Both the position numbers and the translations under genes were made by a program. This document shows positions 39,431 to 50,829 of a stretch of 64,000 nt of DNA, piece after piece. Under the pieces are notes generated by a model. The model saw only the letters and a list, made by a program, of their open reading frames with translations. It was not told the DNA's origin and made no database searches. The stretch lies in the NCBI GenBank assembly GCA_027320085.1, contig DAHVLZ010000009.1:192001-256000 (forward strand), written 5' to 3'. Position 1 is the stretch's first letter. Each line of letters begins with the position of its first letter. Source of the stretch: Pseudomonadota bacterium (GTDB taxonomy: Bacteria > Pseudomonadota > Gammaproteobacteria > JAKAQQ01).

Positions 39431-40729
39431 ATGCCGAATCCCAAGTCCCATGCCCCCGAGACCTGCACGCTGACCTTTCCGGTACGCCAAGGGACAGTCG
39501 GTCCCTCTGTGCTCGATATCAGCAAACTGTATAACGAACACGGATACTTTACCTACGATCCGGGATATGCCGTCACCGCCAGTTGCGAGAGCGCGATCAC
39601 CTATATCGATGGCGAGAAAGGCATCTTGCTTTACCGGGGATATCCCATTGAACAGCTGGCCGAAAAGAGCTCGTTTCTCGAAGTAGCCTACTTGATCCTG
39701 CACGGGGAACTCCCGACGCAGGGTGAACTGGATCGTTTTTCAGATGCGATCTGGCACCATACCCTCATCAATGAATCACTGCTGCGCTTCTTCAATGGCT
39801 TCCACCACGATGCGCACCCGATGGCCATGCTGACCGGGGTCGTGGGCTCGCTCTCCGCTTTTTACCCCGATACTCAGGACTTCCGGGATCCCGTTCGCCA
39901 GACACTCTTTGCCCAGCGGATTATCGCCAAGTTACCGACCATCGCTGCCGCAGCTTACAAGCATTCTGTCGGGCATCCGTTCGTGTATCCCCGTAATGAA
40001 CTGGGTTATGCCAATAATCTGCTTCATATGTTGTTTGCACTCCCGACCGAAGAATACATCGTCAATCCGGTGGCAGCACAGGCCTTAGACCTGCTATTCA
40101 TCCTACATGCAGACCACGAGCAGAACGCCAGTACTTCCACGGTCCGCCTCGCTGGCAGTTCAGGGACGAACCCCTACGCCGCCATCACAGCGGGGATCGG
40201 CTGCCTTTGGGGCCCGGCGCATGGCGGAGCCAACGAAGCCGTCATCAACATGCTGACCGAGATCCAAGATGTCAAAAATATTCCTCGATATGTAGCTCGT
40301 GCGAAGGACAAGGATGACCCCTTCCGTCTCATGGGCTTTGGACACCGGGTTTACAAGAATTACGACCCACGCGCCAAAATCATCCGGAGCATGACGTACA
40401 AGGTCCTTGAAAATCTGGGCCACCGTCCGGACCCCCTGCTAGATCTGGCCATGAAACTCGAGGAAATCGCACTCCGGGATGACTACTTTATCGAGCGCAA
40501 GCTATATCCGAACGTCGACTTCTACTCGGGGATCATCTACCGCGCACTCGGGATTCCTACCAGTATGTTTACTGTGATGTTTGCGATTGCCCGCTCGGTT
40601 GGCTGGGTAGCGCACTGGTGCGAGATGGTCAACGATCCCGAGCAGCGCTTGGGTCGTCCCAGACAGCTCTACATTGGAGCCAGCCGCCGCGACTATGTGG
40701 AACGTGCTCAGCGCTCAGGAAAGTCCTAA
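39431..40729 (+). CDS. gltA: Citrate synthase (type II)
   Basis: [38 protein letters not shown]. Confidence 0.98.
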   Translation: MPNPKSHAPETCTLTFPVRQGTVGPSVLDISKLYNEHGYFTYDPGYAVTASCESAITYIDGEKGILLYRGYPIEQLAEKSSFLEVAYLILHGELPTQGELDRFSDAIWHHTLINESLLRFFNGFHHDAHPMAMLTGVVGSLSAFYPDTQDFRDPVRQTLFAQRIIAKLPTIAAAAYKHSVGHPFVYPRNELGYANNLLHMLFALPTEEYIVNPVAAQALDLLFILHADHEQNASTSTVRLAGSSGTNPYAAITAGIGCLWGPAHGGANEAVINMLTEIQDVKNIPRYVARAKDKDDPFRLMGFGHRVYKNYDPRAKIIRSMTYKVLENLGHRPDPLLDLAMKLEEIALRDDYFIERKLYPNVDFYSGIIYRALGIPTSMFTVMFAIARSVGWVAHWCEMVNDPEQRLGRPRQLYIGASRRDYVERAQRSGKS

Positions 40730-41370
40730 GGTTCAAGGGATGCTTCTTCTGATTCCGGTTGACTAAACAGCAGCTGACTGAGTTCGCGGCGACCAATTCT
40801 CCGCATGGGCCGGCCATCGACCGGCGACAAAGGGGCCTGCCGGATATCGTCCGCCTCAAAAACGGTGAGATGAATTGGTGGGCTTTCCTGTTCCAACCGG
40901 TAAACTGGAAAAACCTCCTCCCCTCCTTTGAAACGCAGGCGCCTTTCTCCCAGCCGGTAATCAATTCCAGCTTCGAGCAGGCGGAATGCAACGGTTTCGG
41001 GCGAATCGGCGAAAACATGGAGATCGACCTCCATCGCACTCGGACCAACCGAACTCAGTGCCCCACCTGCGAGGCGAATCTCGAGTGGCTGCAACAGACT
41101 CATAAAGCGCCAAGCATTTTCCCTCATCTTATGTACCCGAGCTTCCAGTTCCCCGGGAGCATACAGACGTTGGCGCACAGACAACACAGATTCAATCTCT
41201 TGGTTGCTTGGTAGGTGCTGACCATGCTCTTTTTCGCCCAGCCTGAGTGCCGCTTTCCGCTTGGCACTTCCATAATCCGTGATGCCCTCCTCCATGAGAA
41301 TGCGTGCCGCTTCCTCTGCGATACGGGCGCGTCGGGCGGTGGCAGCTCGGAACGATAGCTTGCGTGGCAT
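40726..41370 (-). CDS. Conserved hypothetical protein with probable nucleotidyltransferase-like domain
   Basis: IAEEAARI...[19 protein letters not shown], then RLAGG...EVDLHVF; starts 7 bp after the mrcA stop. Confidence 0.75.
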   Translation of the reverse strand: MPRKLSFRAATARRARIAEEAARILMEEGITDYGSAKRKAALRLGEKEHGQHLPSNQEIESVLSVRQRLYAPGELEARVHKMRENAWRFMSLLQPLEIRLAGGALSSVGPSAMEVDLHVFADSPETVAFRLLEAGIDYRLGERRLRFKGGEEVFPVYRLEQESPPIHLTVFEADDIRQAPLSPVDGRPMRRIGRRELSQLLFSQPESEEASLEP

Positions 41371-41377
41371 CACGCGT

Positions 41378-43942
41378 TCAAAAGATGTGCCGCTTGCGCT
41401 TGACGCGCTGGCTGTTAACACAGTGCCCCGGCAACTTGTTCACCTCAAAAACCTCAAACATGGTGTCCGAATCTGAAGGACCGCACAGCAACCCTGTCCG
41501 TGCATCAATTCGCGCGGTCACAATACCTGGTGGAGGTACGTACGGCCGATCCGGATAACGACTGAGTGCAGGACCCATAAAATCGATCCACATGGGGAGG
41601 GCGGCTCGCGCCCCGACCTCTCCATAACCCAGGCTTTTGTTGTCATCCCGCCCCACATAGGTCATCGCGACAAGATGCGGGTCGAACCCACCGAACCAAG
41701 CATTGATATAGTTGTTGGTCGTGCCAGTTTTTCCAGCCAAGTCTACCCGATGCAGGACCTGTGCAGCTACACCAGTACCGAACTGAATCACCGATTGCAT
41801 GAGGCTGGTCGTGAGGTAAGCATTTTGTGCCGTAATGACTCTGATCGCCCGGCGATTGGGCTGATCGTGAGGGGGCAAAAGCACAGAACCCAACTCCGGA
41901 GGATCCGTTGTAATCCCATCCCGGACTTTCTGTGGCGCAGACGACCGGAGACTCGCTAGCGGAAAAGTGGTAGCTGGCCCTAGCGTTTCCGGAACTTCCC
42001 GATGTGCACCGCAATGCTGACAGGCCCGGTATGGATCAGCCCTGAGAATCACATGACCCGTGCTGTCACGGACACTCCGGATCAGATACGGTTTCGCATA
42101 GTAGCCACCGCTCGCGAATACCGCATAGCCGCGGACCATCTGGAGTGGCGTCACATCTGCGCTGCCGAGAATCAGAGTCAGGTCATGGGGCAGAAGCCGA
42201 GGATGAAGACCAAAACGTCTGAGGTAGCGGAGGCCGTAGGGAATCCCAATATCGGCAAGCACCCGGACTGAAACGAGGTTCCTGGAATGGGCCAGCGCGA
42301 CCCGCAAACGGGTCGGGCCGAAAAAGCGATCCGAATAGTTTCCTGGTCTCCAAACATTGCCCAAGGCGGGGTTCCCCACCACGATCGGTGCATCATTGAT
42401 GATCGTGGCAGGCGTCATTCCCTTGTGCAAGGCCGCTGAGTAAAGAAACGGCTTGAAGGACGATCCCGGCTGGCGGCGGGCCTCCGTCACCCGGTCGAAA
42501 TTTGACAATGCGAAAGAAAAACCCCCAACCAAAGCACGGAGGGCATCCGTATGCGGATCCAAAACCACGATCGCCCCTTCGGCCCATGGCAACTGGGCTA
42601 GCACCCACTGCCCATCACCTCGACGCATGACATAAATCTCATCGCCGGCCCTGAGGACATTCGAAGCTTTCCCCGGCAATGGAGCGAACTGCGAAACCCC
42701 GTGAAAAGGCCGTGCCCAAGAAAGCGCCGACCAAGCTAAATGGATGGTCTGGCCGTCTAGTCCCCGGACGACTGCGGTCCGTTTCTCCACTCGGATCACC
42801 ACCGCCCGATGCAGACCATTAACCTGGGTCACGGTGGAAAGCGTCCGCCGTACCTTCGCTCGCCAGCCTGAGAAACCTCGGATTCGCCCTACTGGACCTC
42901 GATACCCGTAACGTCGGCAATAAGCCTCGAGGGCCCGGCGCAGAGCCCGCTCGGCCAAGACCTGTAACCGACCACTGATCGTCGTCGTCACGCGAAACCC
43001 AGCGGTGTAAGCAGCTCGGCCGAAATGGGCCACCATATACTGTCGCACTAGTTCCGCCACATATCCAGCGGACAGCGATGCCGGAGGGCGGTGGAGATGG
43101 GTACGGACCGGGGCTTGCATCGCTTGTCCATAAAGAAACCGGTTGATATACCCCAGGGTCAGCATTCGTTTGAGCACATAGGCACGCCGGGCGCGCGCCC
43201 GTGACACGCTGGCAATCGGATTGTCAATTGAGGGTGCCTCCGGCAACCCGGCCAGCAGAGCCATCTCGGCGAGAGACAACTTCTGCACCGGAACCCCAAA
43301 ATACACATGGGCCGCAGCGGCCACACCATAGGCACGGTTCCCAAAATAGATTTTGTTGAGATAAAGCGAGAGAATCCGCTCCTTGCTAAGTTCATGTGCA
43401 ATCCGCAAGGACAGAAAAACTTCACGAATTTTGCGCAGATAGGTCTTCTGGTGGCCCAAGAAGAAATTACGCGCAACCTGCATCGTGATGGTCCCTCCCC
43501 CTTGGGTCTTTCGTCCGGTCAGAAGGAGATGAATACTGGCTCGAACCAGTCCCTTGATGCTGATTCCGGGATGCGAGAAGTAGTGCCCGTCTTCTGCCGC
43601 CAAGAACGCATCGATCAATAACGGTGGGGTATCCCGGAAGGCTAGGGGTTTCCTACGCTCATCTCCGTATTCCCCGATCAACTCCCCATCCCGGGTATAG
43701 ATTTTGAGGGGGGTTTGGAGCTGGATGGTCCTCAGCAACTGGACCGATGGAAGACTGGGGGCGACATAGAGGTAGACCCCCCCGACCACGAGAATCCCGA
43801 GAGTAGCTGCCAAAACAAAGGCCACCCAACCCCAAAAGGCCAGATGGAGCAGGTGCTTCCAGTGGCTGGGGGCTCCTCCCCCCCCCTGAGGAGGCTGGCT
43901 TCTACGGACCGCAGGGCGGGACTGACCTGTTGACAGAGTCAT
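41378..43942 (-). CDS. mrcA: Penicillin-binding protein 1A
   Basis: AAED, TITMQVARN, RQPGSSFKP, SRN, GKTGTTN; divergent from pilM. Confidence 0.95.
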   Translation of the reverse strand: MTLSTGQSRPAVRRSQPPQGGGGAPSHWKHLLHLAFWGWVAFVLAATLGILVVGGVYLYVAPSLPSVQLLRTIQLQTPLKIYTRDGELIGEYGDERRKPLAFRDTPPLLIDAFLAAEDGHYFSHPGISIKGLVRASIHLLLTGRKTQGGGTITMQVARNFFLGHQKTYLRKIREVFLSLRIAHELSKERILSLYLNKIYFGNRAYGVAAAAHVYFGVPVQKLSLAEMALLAGLPEAPSIDNPIASVSRARARRAYVLKRMLTLGYINRFLYGQAMQAPVRTHLHRPPASLSAGYVAELVRQYMVAHFGRAAYTAGFRVTTTISGRLQVLAERALRRALEAYCRRYGYRGPVGRIRGFSGWRAKVRRTLSTVTQVNGLHRAVVIRVEKRTAVVRGLDGQTIHLAWSALSWARPFHGVSQFAPLPGKASNVLRAGDEIYVMRRGDGQWVLAQLPWAEGAIVVLDPHTDALRALVGGFSFALSNFDRVTEARRQPGSSFKPFLYSAALHKGMTPATIINDAPIVVGNPALGNVWRPGNYSDRFFGPTRLRVALAHSRNLVSVRVLADIGIPYGLRYLRRFGLHPRLLPHDLTLILGSADVTPLQMVRGYAVFASGGYYAKPYLIRSVRDSTGHVILRADPYRACQHCGAHREVPETLGPATTFPLASLRSSAPQKVRDGITTDPPELGSVLLPPHDQPNRRAIRVITAQNAYLTTSLMQSVIQFGTGVAAQVLHRVDLAGKTGTTNNYINAWFGGFDPHLVAMTYVGRDDNKSLGYGEVGARAALPMWIDFMGPALSRYPDRPYVPPPGIVTARIDARTGLLCGPSDSDTMFEVFEVNKLPGHCVNSQRVKRKRHIF

Positions 43943-44022
43943 GGGATGCGCTATAGTGGCACTTAAACTTCAGATTGAAGAGTATATTACCTTCACAAAG
44001 CCGGATTACTAAAGGGAAAAAC

Positions 44023-45087
44023 GTGTTCCTCAACTCCCGCAAACTGCCGCACCTGTTGGGCATCGACCTGAGTTCCTCGGCCATCAAAGTCGTGGAAATG
44101 TCCCTTTCCAATCAGGGTTACAAGATTGAGCACTACGGCGTCGAGCCGTTGCCCAGCAATGCGATCGGCGACAAACTCATGCTGGATGTTGAAAGCACAG
44201 GTGAGGCTATTCGTCGTGCCATCAAAAAAAGCGGCTCAAAACTGAAAAAGGCAGCGGTTGCCGTTGGTGGGGCCCAGATCATCACGACCACCATTGTACT
44301 CCCGGGCGAGCTCGATGAGCATGAAATGAACGACCAGATCGCCCTCCAGCTTGATCAGCACATTGCACTCCCCCAGGAGGAGGTCAGTTACGACTTTGAG
44401 GTACGCGGCCCTAACAAGAGTGACCCTACGCAGGTTGATGTCCTTCTGGTGACCACTCGCCGGGAGTATGTCGAAAAGCGGCAAGCGGCCCTTGAGATCG
44501 CTGGCCTCACCGCAGCGATCGTTGACGTCGAGGCTCACGCACTGGATCTGGCTTCACGGCTGCTCGAGAGGCAGATGCCCAACCAAGGGACCCAAAAGCT
44601 TGTGGCCATCGCTGATTTCGGTGCAACTCTCACAACCCTTTGTCTTCGTTACGACCATCAGCTGGTCTACTACCGGGACCAGGCATTCGGCGGCAAGCTC
44701 TTGACCGAGGAAATCATGCGCTACTACGGTCTCAGCTTCGAGGAAGCCGGATTGTCCAAGCGTCGTGGGGGACTGCCGAGTTCATACCAAAAGGAGGTGC
44801 TCGAACCGTTCATGGATGAGATGGTCAAACAGATCAAAAACTTCTATCGGCAGTATCAGGAAACAAACAGTAACAACCAGAAGCTGGACCAAATCCAGGT
44901 TTGTGGCGGCTGTGGTCAGATTCCAGGTGTCGCAGAGTACATTGAACGCCAGATCGGTATTCCAACCGTCACCGCAAACCCCCTATTGTCTCTGACCTTG
45001 GCCAACCAGCCCAAGGCCGCTCATATTGAGCAGGATGCCTCTACCCTGATGATTGCCATGGGACTCGCCATGAGGAGCTTCAGCTAA
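44023..45087 (+). CDS. pilM: Type IV pilus assembly protein PilM
   Basis: LGIDLSSSAIKVVE, VDVE..AL, FGG..LT, A.GLAMR. Confidence 0.94.
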   Translation: MFLNSRKLPHLLGIDLSSSAIKVVEMSLSNQGYKIEHYGVEPLPSNAIGDKLMLDVESTGEAIRRAIKKSGSKLKKAAVAVGGAQIITTTIVLPGELDEHEMNDQIALQLDQHIALPQEEVSYDFEVRGPNKSDPTQVDVLLVTTRREYVEKRQAALEIAGLTAAIVDVEAHALDLASRLLERQMPNQGTQKLVAIADFGATLTTLCLRYDHQLVYYRDQAFGGKLLTEEIMRYYGLSFEEAGLSKRRGGLPSSYQKEVLEPFMDEMVKQIKNFYRQYQETNSNNQKLDQIQVCGGCGQIPGVAEYIERQIGIPTVTANPLLSLTLANQPKAAHIEQDASTLMIAMGLAMRSFS

Positions 45088-45089
45088 CC

Positions 45090-45677
45090 ATGCCTCGCAT
45101 CAACCTACTGCCGCACCGCGAACTGGAGCGTCAGGAACGCCAGGAGCGTTTCAACCGGATTTTGGCCGGTATTTTCATGTTATCGGTTCTCCTGGTCGCC
45201 CTAATCGACATCCAAGTTAATAGTCTGGTGAGTGAGCAACGGTCCAGGAACCGTTACCTCGAATCCGAAATCCAGAAGGTGACCGAGGAAATCGGCCAAG
45301 TCAACGAACTCCGTTCCATGCGCACCCGTCTACTTGACCGAATCCGCGTTATTGAGCGTCTGCAGGCTCGCCGTTCTACCCCAGCTCACCTCTTTGACCA
45401 ACTGACGCGGACTATACCCGCCGGAGTGTATCTGACCAAACTCGCGGAAAACCCCCAGGGCGCTATTGTCCTCAGTGGGATTGCCCAGTCTCCGGCCAAG
45501 GTCTCCAACTATATGCGCCGCATTGCCGCATCCCCTTGGCTGGCCGATCCACAGCTGAACATCGTGAGGACCCATAGCGTGGGACCACTCCGTCGCAGCG
45601 TGTTCATCGTCCAAACACATGTCGTAAACAAAAATGCCCATAAGGCACACCGTCCTTCCCGGAGCCGGCGACCATGA
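45090..45677 (+). CDS. pilN: Type IV pilus assembly protein PilN
   Basis: MPRINLLPHRE, IP.GVYL, VSNYMR. Confidence 0.94.
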   Translation: MPRINLLPHRELERQERQERFNRILAGIFMLSVLLVALIDIQVNSLVSEQRSRNRYLESEIQKVTEEIGQVNELRSMRTRLLDRIRVIERLQARRSTPAHLFDQLTRTIPAGVYLTKLAENPQGAIVLSGIAQSPAKVSNYMRRIAASPWLADPQLNIVRTHSVGPLRRSVFIVQTHVVNKNAHKAHRPSRSRRP

Positions 45678-46309
45678 AATGGAGTGAACTCAAAGATTTC
45701 GAGATCAGGAACCTGAACCTGAAGGAGTCGGCCATCTGGCCAGCTCCAATCAAGATCATCTTTTCTGGCCTGATCGTTGCCTTCACTATCCTAATCGGCT
45801 ACTTCCTCATAATCCGCGGGGGAATCAGTACACTACACCAAGCAGAACGCCACGAAACCGTCCTGAAAAGGGATTTCAAGTCCAAAGCCTTGCTCGCGGC
45901 CGCCCTACCAGCCTACCAAACCCAGTTCAAGGAAATGCAGCAAACCTATGGCGTTATGCTGCACCAGCTCCCCAGCAGGGATGAAATTCCGTCCCTCCTG
46001 CGTGACATTTCAACGACTGCCCAGCTTGATGGGCTGAAACAACGGCTTTTTAAACCGGTAGGCGTTATCCGGAAGCACTTTTATGCCGAACAACCGATCG
46101 TCATGGAGTATGTGGGAACGTTCCACCAGTTAGGCAAGTTCGTGAGTGATGTCGGCGCACTACCCCGGATTGTCACACTCTCTCAGTTTTCCATTCAACC
46201 CCTGGCGCACGCTCCGAATCTTCTTTCAATGCAGGTCACCGGCTATACCTACCGCTATTTCGAAAAGGCCCGTCGGGGATTTGCAGGTCATCCGGGAGGA
46301 CACCCATGA
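45674..46309 (+). CDS. pilO: Type IV pilus assembly protein PilO
   Basis: QLPSRDEIPSLL, FYAEQPI, LPRIVTL, TYRY. Confidence 0.94.
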   Translation: MKWSELKDFEIRNLNLKESAIWPAPIKIIFSGLIVAFTILIGYFLIIRGGISTLHQAERHETVLKRDFKSKALLAAALPAYQTQFKEMQQTYGVMLHQLPSRDEIPSLLRDISTTAQLDGLKQRLFKPVGVIRKHFYAEQPIVMEYVGTFHQLGKFVSDVGALPRIVTLSQFSIQPLAHAPNLLSMQVTGYTYRYFEKARRGFAGHPGGHP

Positions 46310-46827
46310 AAGAGCCACGTCGCTCCGCTTTCCGGATCCTGATCATCGTTGCTACCGGGTGTTTTATCCTCGCTGGATGCTCGAACTCTAGCGAGCGGCT
46401 GCGCGCATGGGTCACCCGTATCCAGAGCGAGAGGGCTGGACCCCTGCCACCGTTACCCACGGTACCTCCATACCACCCTTTCCGGTTCGCGGATCTCAAC
46501 CTTCGTTCCCCGTTCATGCCCACGGGGACGGCCGGTCACGCCATTCCCAACCTGAATCGTCCTCGCCAGTATCTTGAACGCTTCCCGTTGGACAGCCTGA
46601 GCATGGTGGGTACCATCCGGTCCCATGGCTTTTGGTACGCCCTGATCAAGGATCCCAATGGTCTGATCCACCGTGTATCGGTAGGAGACTACTTGGGACA
46701 GGACGACGGCAAGATCGTTTCCATCTCAACGGGGGGAGTCGAACTGCGTGAGTTGCTGCCCAACGGCACCGGTGGTTGGGTCTCCGAACGTGCATATCTT
46801 CCCCTCTCCGTGGCCTCGGGAGGCTAA
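46306..46827 (+). CDS. pilP: Type IV pilus lipoprotein PilP
   Basis: Lipobox LAGC, RSPF, LERFPLDSLSMVG, GDYLGQ.DG. Confidence 0.94.
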   Translation: MKEPRRSAFRILIIVATGCFILAGCSNSSERLRAWVTRIQSERAGPLPPLPTVPPYHPFRFADLNLRSPFMPTGTAGHAIPNLNRPRQYLERFPLDSLSMVGTIRSHGFWYALIKDPNGLIHRVSVGDYLGQDDGKIVSISTGGVELRELLPNGTGGWVSERAYLPLSVASGG

Positions 46828-46832
46828 CAGCC

Positions 46833-48989
46833 ATGATCCAACATAATCGCAATCTGCATTCCAATCTCCGATCCAACCTCCCAGTTGCTCTCTTGGCGGG
46901 CGGCATCATGGCAGTCATGCTTGGTCCCTTGGCTCACGCCAATACGTTGCGGTCGGTGACCTCGGTCGGCTTGCCGGGCAACCGGGTCCAGTTAGCGCTG
47001 CACCTCAGTGGCCCCGTCCCACGAACGCTCAGTTTCACCGTAAGCACCCCTCCCTACATCGCGATCGATCTCCTCCATACCACATTGGGAACCCTCCCTG
47101 AGCAGCAGCGAGTTGGCATCGGCGCCGTTCGCAACGTAAGCCTCGCTCAAGCCGAGGGCCGGACCCGGGTTGTCCTGGGTCTCAAAACCGTGGAACCTTT
47201 TCACTTGCTTCGTAAGGGGGACACGCTGTTTGTGATTATCGGTGCAGCATCGCAGCAGCAAAGGGCCTTCGGACCCGTCAGCCGCTTTGCCGAAGCTCCA
47301 TCAAGAGCAGTTCAGCGAAGCGTTGTTCCTGGTATTAGGGCCATTCATTTTTCAAGGAGCTCGAACGGTGCTGGACAGATCAACATCCTGCTTAACACTC
47401 AGACGATAACCGGAAATGTCCAACAAGTTGGACACCGGATCACGGTGATGTTTAGGAATGCTCACCTGCCTCACCGGCTTGAGAAACGGTATCAGGTAAC
47501 GGAATTTGCAACACCAGTGCAGGAGTTTACAGCCCGACAAATAGGGCATAACGTCCGCCTGGTTATCAGGGGCTATGGCCACTTTTCCCAGCTCGCCTAT
47601 CAAAGCAACAGACAGTTCTCAGTCGAGCTGCAACCCTTGACTTCCCTCCAGCAACGGCTGCAGGCGAGACGGGTTTTTGTCGGCGCACCGCTGACCCTCA
47701 ACTTCCAGCACATCCCTGTCCGCGCTGTTCTACAGATCTTGGCGGACTTCAGCAAGACCAACTTGGTAGTGGCCAATGACGTCCATGGGGACATCACCCT
47801 ACGGTTGCACGACGTGCCATGGGACCAAGCGTTACATATCATTCTCGTATCTGAAGGTCTTGGGATGCGCAAACAGGGTAATGTGATGATGATTGCACCT
47901 ATTGCGCAACTGGCTGCAGAGGAACGCCAACAAGCAGCCGCCCGCCGTCAGCTCCAGGTTCTCGCGCCACTCCATACAGCCTATCTCAGGGTCAACTATG
48001 CCCAAGCCGCCAGCCTACAACTTCTGATCGAGCAACAAAAACACCTGCTCGGCCCCCGTGGAAGCGTCAGTGTCGATCCCCGGACGAATATGCTGATTGT
48101 GCAGGACACAAGTACTCGGATCGCGGAAGTCCGGCGGCTCGTGGGAACGCTGGATATCCCAGTCCGCCAAGTCCTTATTTCCTCTCGAATCGTTGTGGCG
48201 ACCGACGATTTCTCCAAAAATCTAGGAACCCAGCTCGGCCTAGTCGGTGTTGGCCAGACGGGTCCGGACAGTCTGGTCAGTGTGACTGGAGATTCAACTG
48301 GCAATAATACTATCCAGCAGTCGGCACTGGCTAACTACAATACGACCGGAAATTTCCAGCCAGTCACTTTTCCGGCTCTCGGTGATCAGTTGGCGGTCAA
48401 CAATCCAGCCACGAGTTCGATCGGTTCAGTCGGAACACTGGCCGTTGGTATCCTCAACTCAAACTATCTCATCAACCTAGAGCTTTCGGCCTTGCAATCA
48501 GAGGGGCTGGGGGAAGTTGTCTCAAGTCCGCGTGTCATCACGGCTGACGAACAAAAAGCCACGATCGAACAGGGTGTTGAGATTCCCTATCAGGAGGCGG
48601 CTTCCAGCGGTGCCACCTCTGTCGCCTTTAAAAAGGCCGTGCTTCGGCTCGAAGTAACACCACAAATTACCCCAGACAACCGGATTATCATGAACCTCGA
48701 GGTTCGGAACGACTCCATTGGCCAAGAAGTGCCAACGGGTTCCGGAGGTGAAGTGCCATCGATTGATACCCGATCGATCAAAACCGATGTACTCGTTAAC
48801 AATGGGGACACCATTGTTCTCGGTGGCATTTATGAAACCGATCGGACCAAAACTGTGAACAAGGTTCCTCTACTTGGCGATATTCCACTTTTGGGGTGGC
48901 TTTTCCGTAATACATCCATTACGAATAACAAGGATCAGGTCATTGTTTTCGTCACGCCAAAGATCATGAATCAGGCTTTGAACCAGTGA
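46833..48989 (+). CDS. pilQ: Type IV pilus secretin PilQ
   Basis: LNFQ.IPVRAVLQ, VPWDQAL, IEQGVEIPY, KVPLLGDIP. Confidence 0.96.
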   Translation: MIQHNRNLHSNLRSNLPVALLAGGIMAVMLGPLAHANTLRSVTSVGLPGNRVQLALHLSGPVPRTLSFTVSTPPYIAIDLLHTTLGTLPEQQRVGIGAVRNVSLAQAEGRTRVVLGLKTVEPFHLLRKGDTLFVIIGAASQQQRAFGPVSRFAEAPSRAVQRSVVPGIRAIHFSRSSNGAGQINILLNTQTITGNVQQVGHRITVMFRNAHLPHRLEKRYQVTEFATPVQEFTARQIGHNVRLVIRGYGHFSQLAYQSNRQFSVELQPLTSLQQRLQARRVFVGAPLTLNFQHIPVRAVLQILADFSKTNLVVANDVHGDITLRLHDVPWDQALHIILVSEGLGMRKQGNVMMIAPIAQLAAEERQQAAARRQLQVLAPLHTAYLRVNYAQAASLQLLIEQQKHLLGPRGSVSVDPRTNMLIVQDTSTRIAEVRRLVGTLDIPVRQVLISSRIVVATDDFSKNLGTQLGLVGVGQTGPDSLVSVTGDSTGNNTIQQSALANYNTTGNFQPVTFPALGDQLAVNNPATSSIGSVGTLAVGILNSNYLINLELSALQSEGLGEVVSSPRVITADEQKATIEQGVEIPYQEAASSGATSVAFKKAVLRLEVTPQITPDNRIIMNLEVRNDSIGQEVPTGSGGEVPSIDTRSIKTDVLVNNGDTIVLGGIYETDRTKTVNKVPLLGDIPLLGWLFRNTSITNNKDQVIVFVTPKIMNQALNQ

Positions 48990-49101
48990 TATCGCCCGGA
49001 TTCCGGCCCTGGATGGTACAGGGCCGGCATGCCGCAAGTCGGGCAGGTATCGAAAGGCATTCGGATTTCGTCTGAACGAGGTAGATCGCCGGGGGTATGC
49101 G

Positions 49102-49653
49102 ATGGCCCGGACCGCAGGTCACCGTCCGTTCGAACGCGTTTTCATGGTTGGACCCATGGGTGCCGGGAAGACGGTGATCGGTCGGCACTTGGCCCACCAA
49201 ATGGGCTGGGCATTTCTCGACACTGATCACATGATCGAAGCCGAACTGGGAACCGATATTCCGACGATTTTTTCAATCGAAGGAGAAGCAGGATTCCGCC
49301 GTCACGAACACGTCGTTCTGACACGCCTCCTTAACCACCAGCAAACCGTCATAGCAACCGGTGGAGGCTGTGTTTTGTTGCCTGAAAACCGGGCTCTCCT
49401 CACCTATCACAGCCGTGTTGTCCTGATTGTTGTGGATCCAGCCCTGCAATTGGAAAGAACACGGGTTCACTCGAACCGTCCAATTCTGGAATCAGGTGAT
49501 CCCGGGGGAACGCTGAATCGCTTGTGGATCGAGCGGCGAACCCTGTATCATTCGATCGCGGACTTAATTCTTGACAGTTCACGAGGGCATCCCCGGACAC
49601 TGGCGGCATCGCTCCTTCCCCACCTTCTCATCAAACCACAAACTGAAACATGA
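49102..49653 (+). CDS. aroK: Shikimate kinase
   Basis: GPMGAGKT, EGEAGFR, ATGGG. Confidence 0.95.
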   Translation: MARTAGHRPFERVFMVGPMGAGKTVIGRHLAHQMGWAFLDTDHMIEAELGTDIPTIFSIEGEAGFRRHEHVVLTRLLNHQQTVIATGGGCVLLPENRALLTYHSRVVLIVVDPALQLERTRVHSNRPILESGDPGGTLNRLWIERRTLYHSIADLILDSSRGHPRTLAASLLPHLLIKPQTET

Positions 49654-50759
49654 ATCTGCCGCAGTCCAGCTGGGATCTTTTAGTTGATGGAAGTTCCTCC
49701 ACTCGGATCTTTTTCGAAACGGGCGGGCTCCACCGATCGGGATGGCTCGCCCCTTGGACCGAGGGACGGGATGTCCTGATCCTCACGGATGAAACCGTGG
49801 CTAGGCTCTACCTAGAACCATTCCGAAAAGCTTTGGGCGCAGCGCGCTTGCTTTGCCACAAGGTCGTTCCTGGAGAACGGTCAAAAAGCATGGGGAATTA
49901 TCTCTCGATAATCGATCGTTTATTGGATAGCCATTTCGGACGGGACATGATTCTAATCGGCCTAGGCGGCGGTGTGATTGGCGATCTCGGGGGTTTTGTG
50001 GCTGCAACCTACCAACGGGGTGTCGATTATCTCCTCTGCCCAACAACCCTGATTGCCCAGCTCGATGCCTGCCTTGGTGGGAAAACTGGGATCGATCTTC
50101 CAAAAGGTAAAAATCTGATCGGTGCATTCCACCAACCCAAAGCCATCGGTGTGGATCCATCAGCGCTTGAGACACTGGACCGCTCTGAGTTTCGCTCTGG
50201 TCTCGCGGAAGCTATCAAATACGGAGCTGGACTGGATGAGGCTTTTTTTGAATGGATTGACAATCACTTGGACCATCTCCTGGCCCGTGATCCCTCAGCA
50301 CTTGACCAGCTTGTGCGTCGCTGTCTGATTCTCAAGTCTGAAATTGTCAACTTGGATCCAAAGGAAACAGGTTCCCGACGGGTTCTTCTCAACCTCGGCC
50401 ACACCTTTGGGCACGCGATTGAAGCGGCAACCGGGTACGGGGTACGCCACGGTGAAGCTGTCGCAGTCGGGCTATTACTTGCAGCAGAACTCTCCTGTCG
50501 TTCGAACGGATTGTCTCGCGCATCTGCTGAACGAATCCGGCTTGTGGTGGAGCGGTGTGGTTTGCCCGTCTGTTTGCCGCCCCTCGAAACCGCTAAACTT
50601 CTGCCATTCTTATCACGTGACAAGAAAAATAAGGGCGGCCAGCTGGTTTTTGTTCTTCTCAAAGGACTCGGGCAATCCGCGGTCGTCCGTGACCTGCCCT
50701 TACATGAGGTCACGCGAATCCTTGATGAATGGCCACGTTCTGACTGGCCTAGCGATTGA
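49650..50759 (+). CDS. aroB: 3-dehydroquinate synthase
   Basis: GGGVIGD, PTTL, GGKTG, LNLGHTFGHAIE, HGEAV. Confidence 0.95.
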   Translation: MNLPQSSWDLLVDGSSSTRIFFETGGLHRSGWLAPWTEGRDVLILTDETVARLYLEPFRKALGAARLLCHKVVPGERSKSMGNYLSIIDRLLDSHFGRDMILIGLGGGVIGDLGGFVAATYQRGVDYLLCPTTLIAQLDACLGGKTGIDLPKGKNLIGAFHQPKAIGVDPSALETLDRSEFRSGLAEAIKYGAGLDEAFFEWIDNHLDHLLARDPSALDQLVRRCLILKSEIVNLDPKETGSRRVLLNLGHTFGHAIEAATGYGVRHGEAVAVGLLLAAELSCRSNGLSRASAERIRLVVERCGLPVCLPPLETAKLLPFLSRDKKNKGGQLVFVLLKGLGQSAVVRDLPLHEVTRILDEWPRSDWPSD

Positions 50760-50829
50760 GCAGGTTCGGGAAGTTTTTCACCAGCTCCCTATCGACCCAA
50801 ACGGGCATTCATGCTAGGATGCCGCCGGC

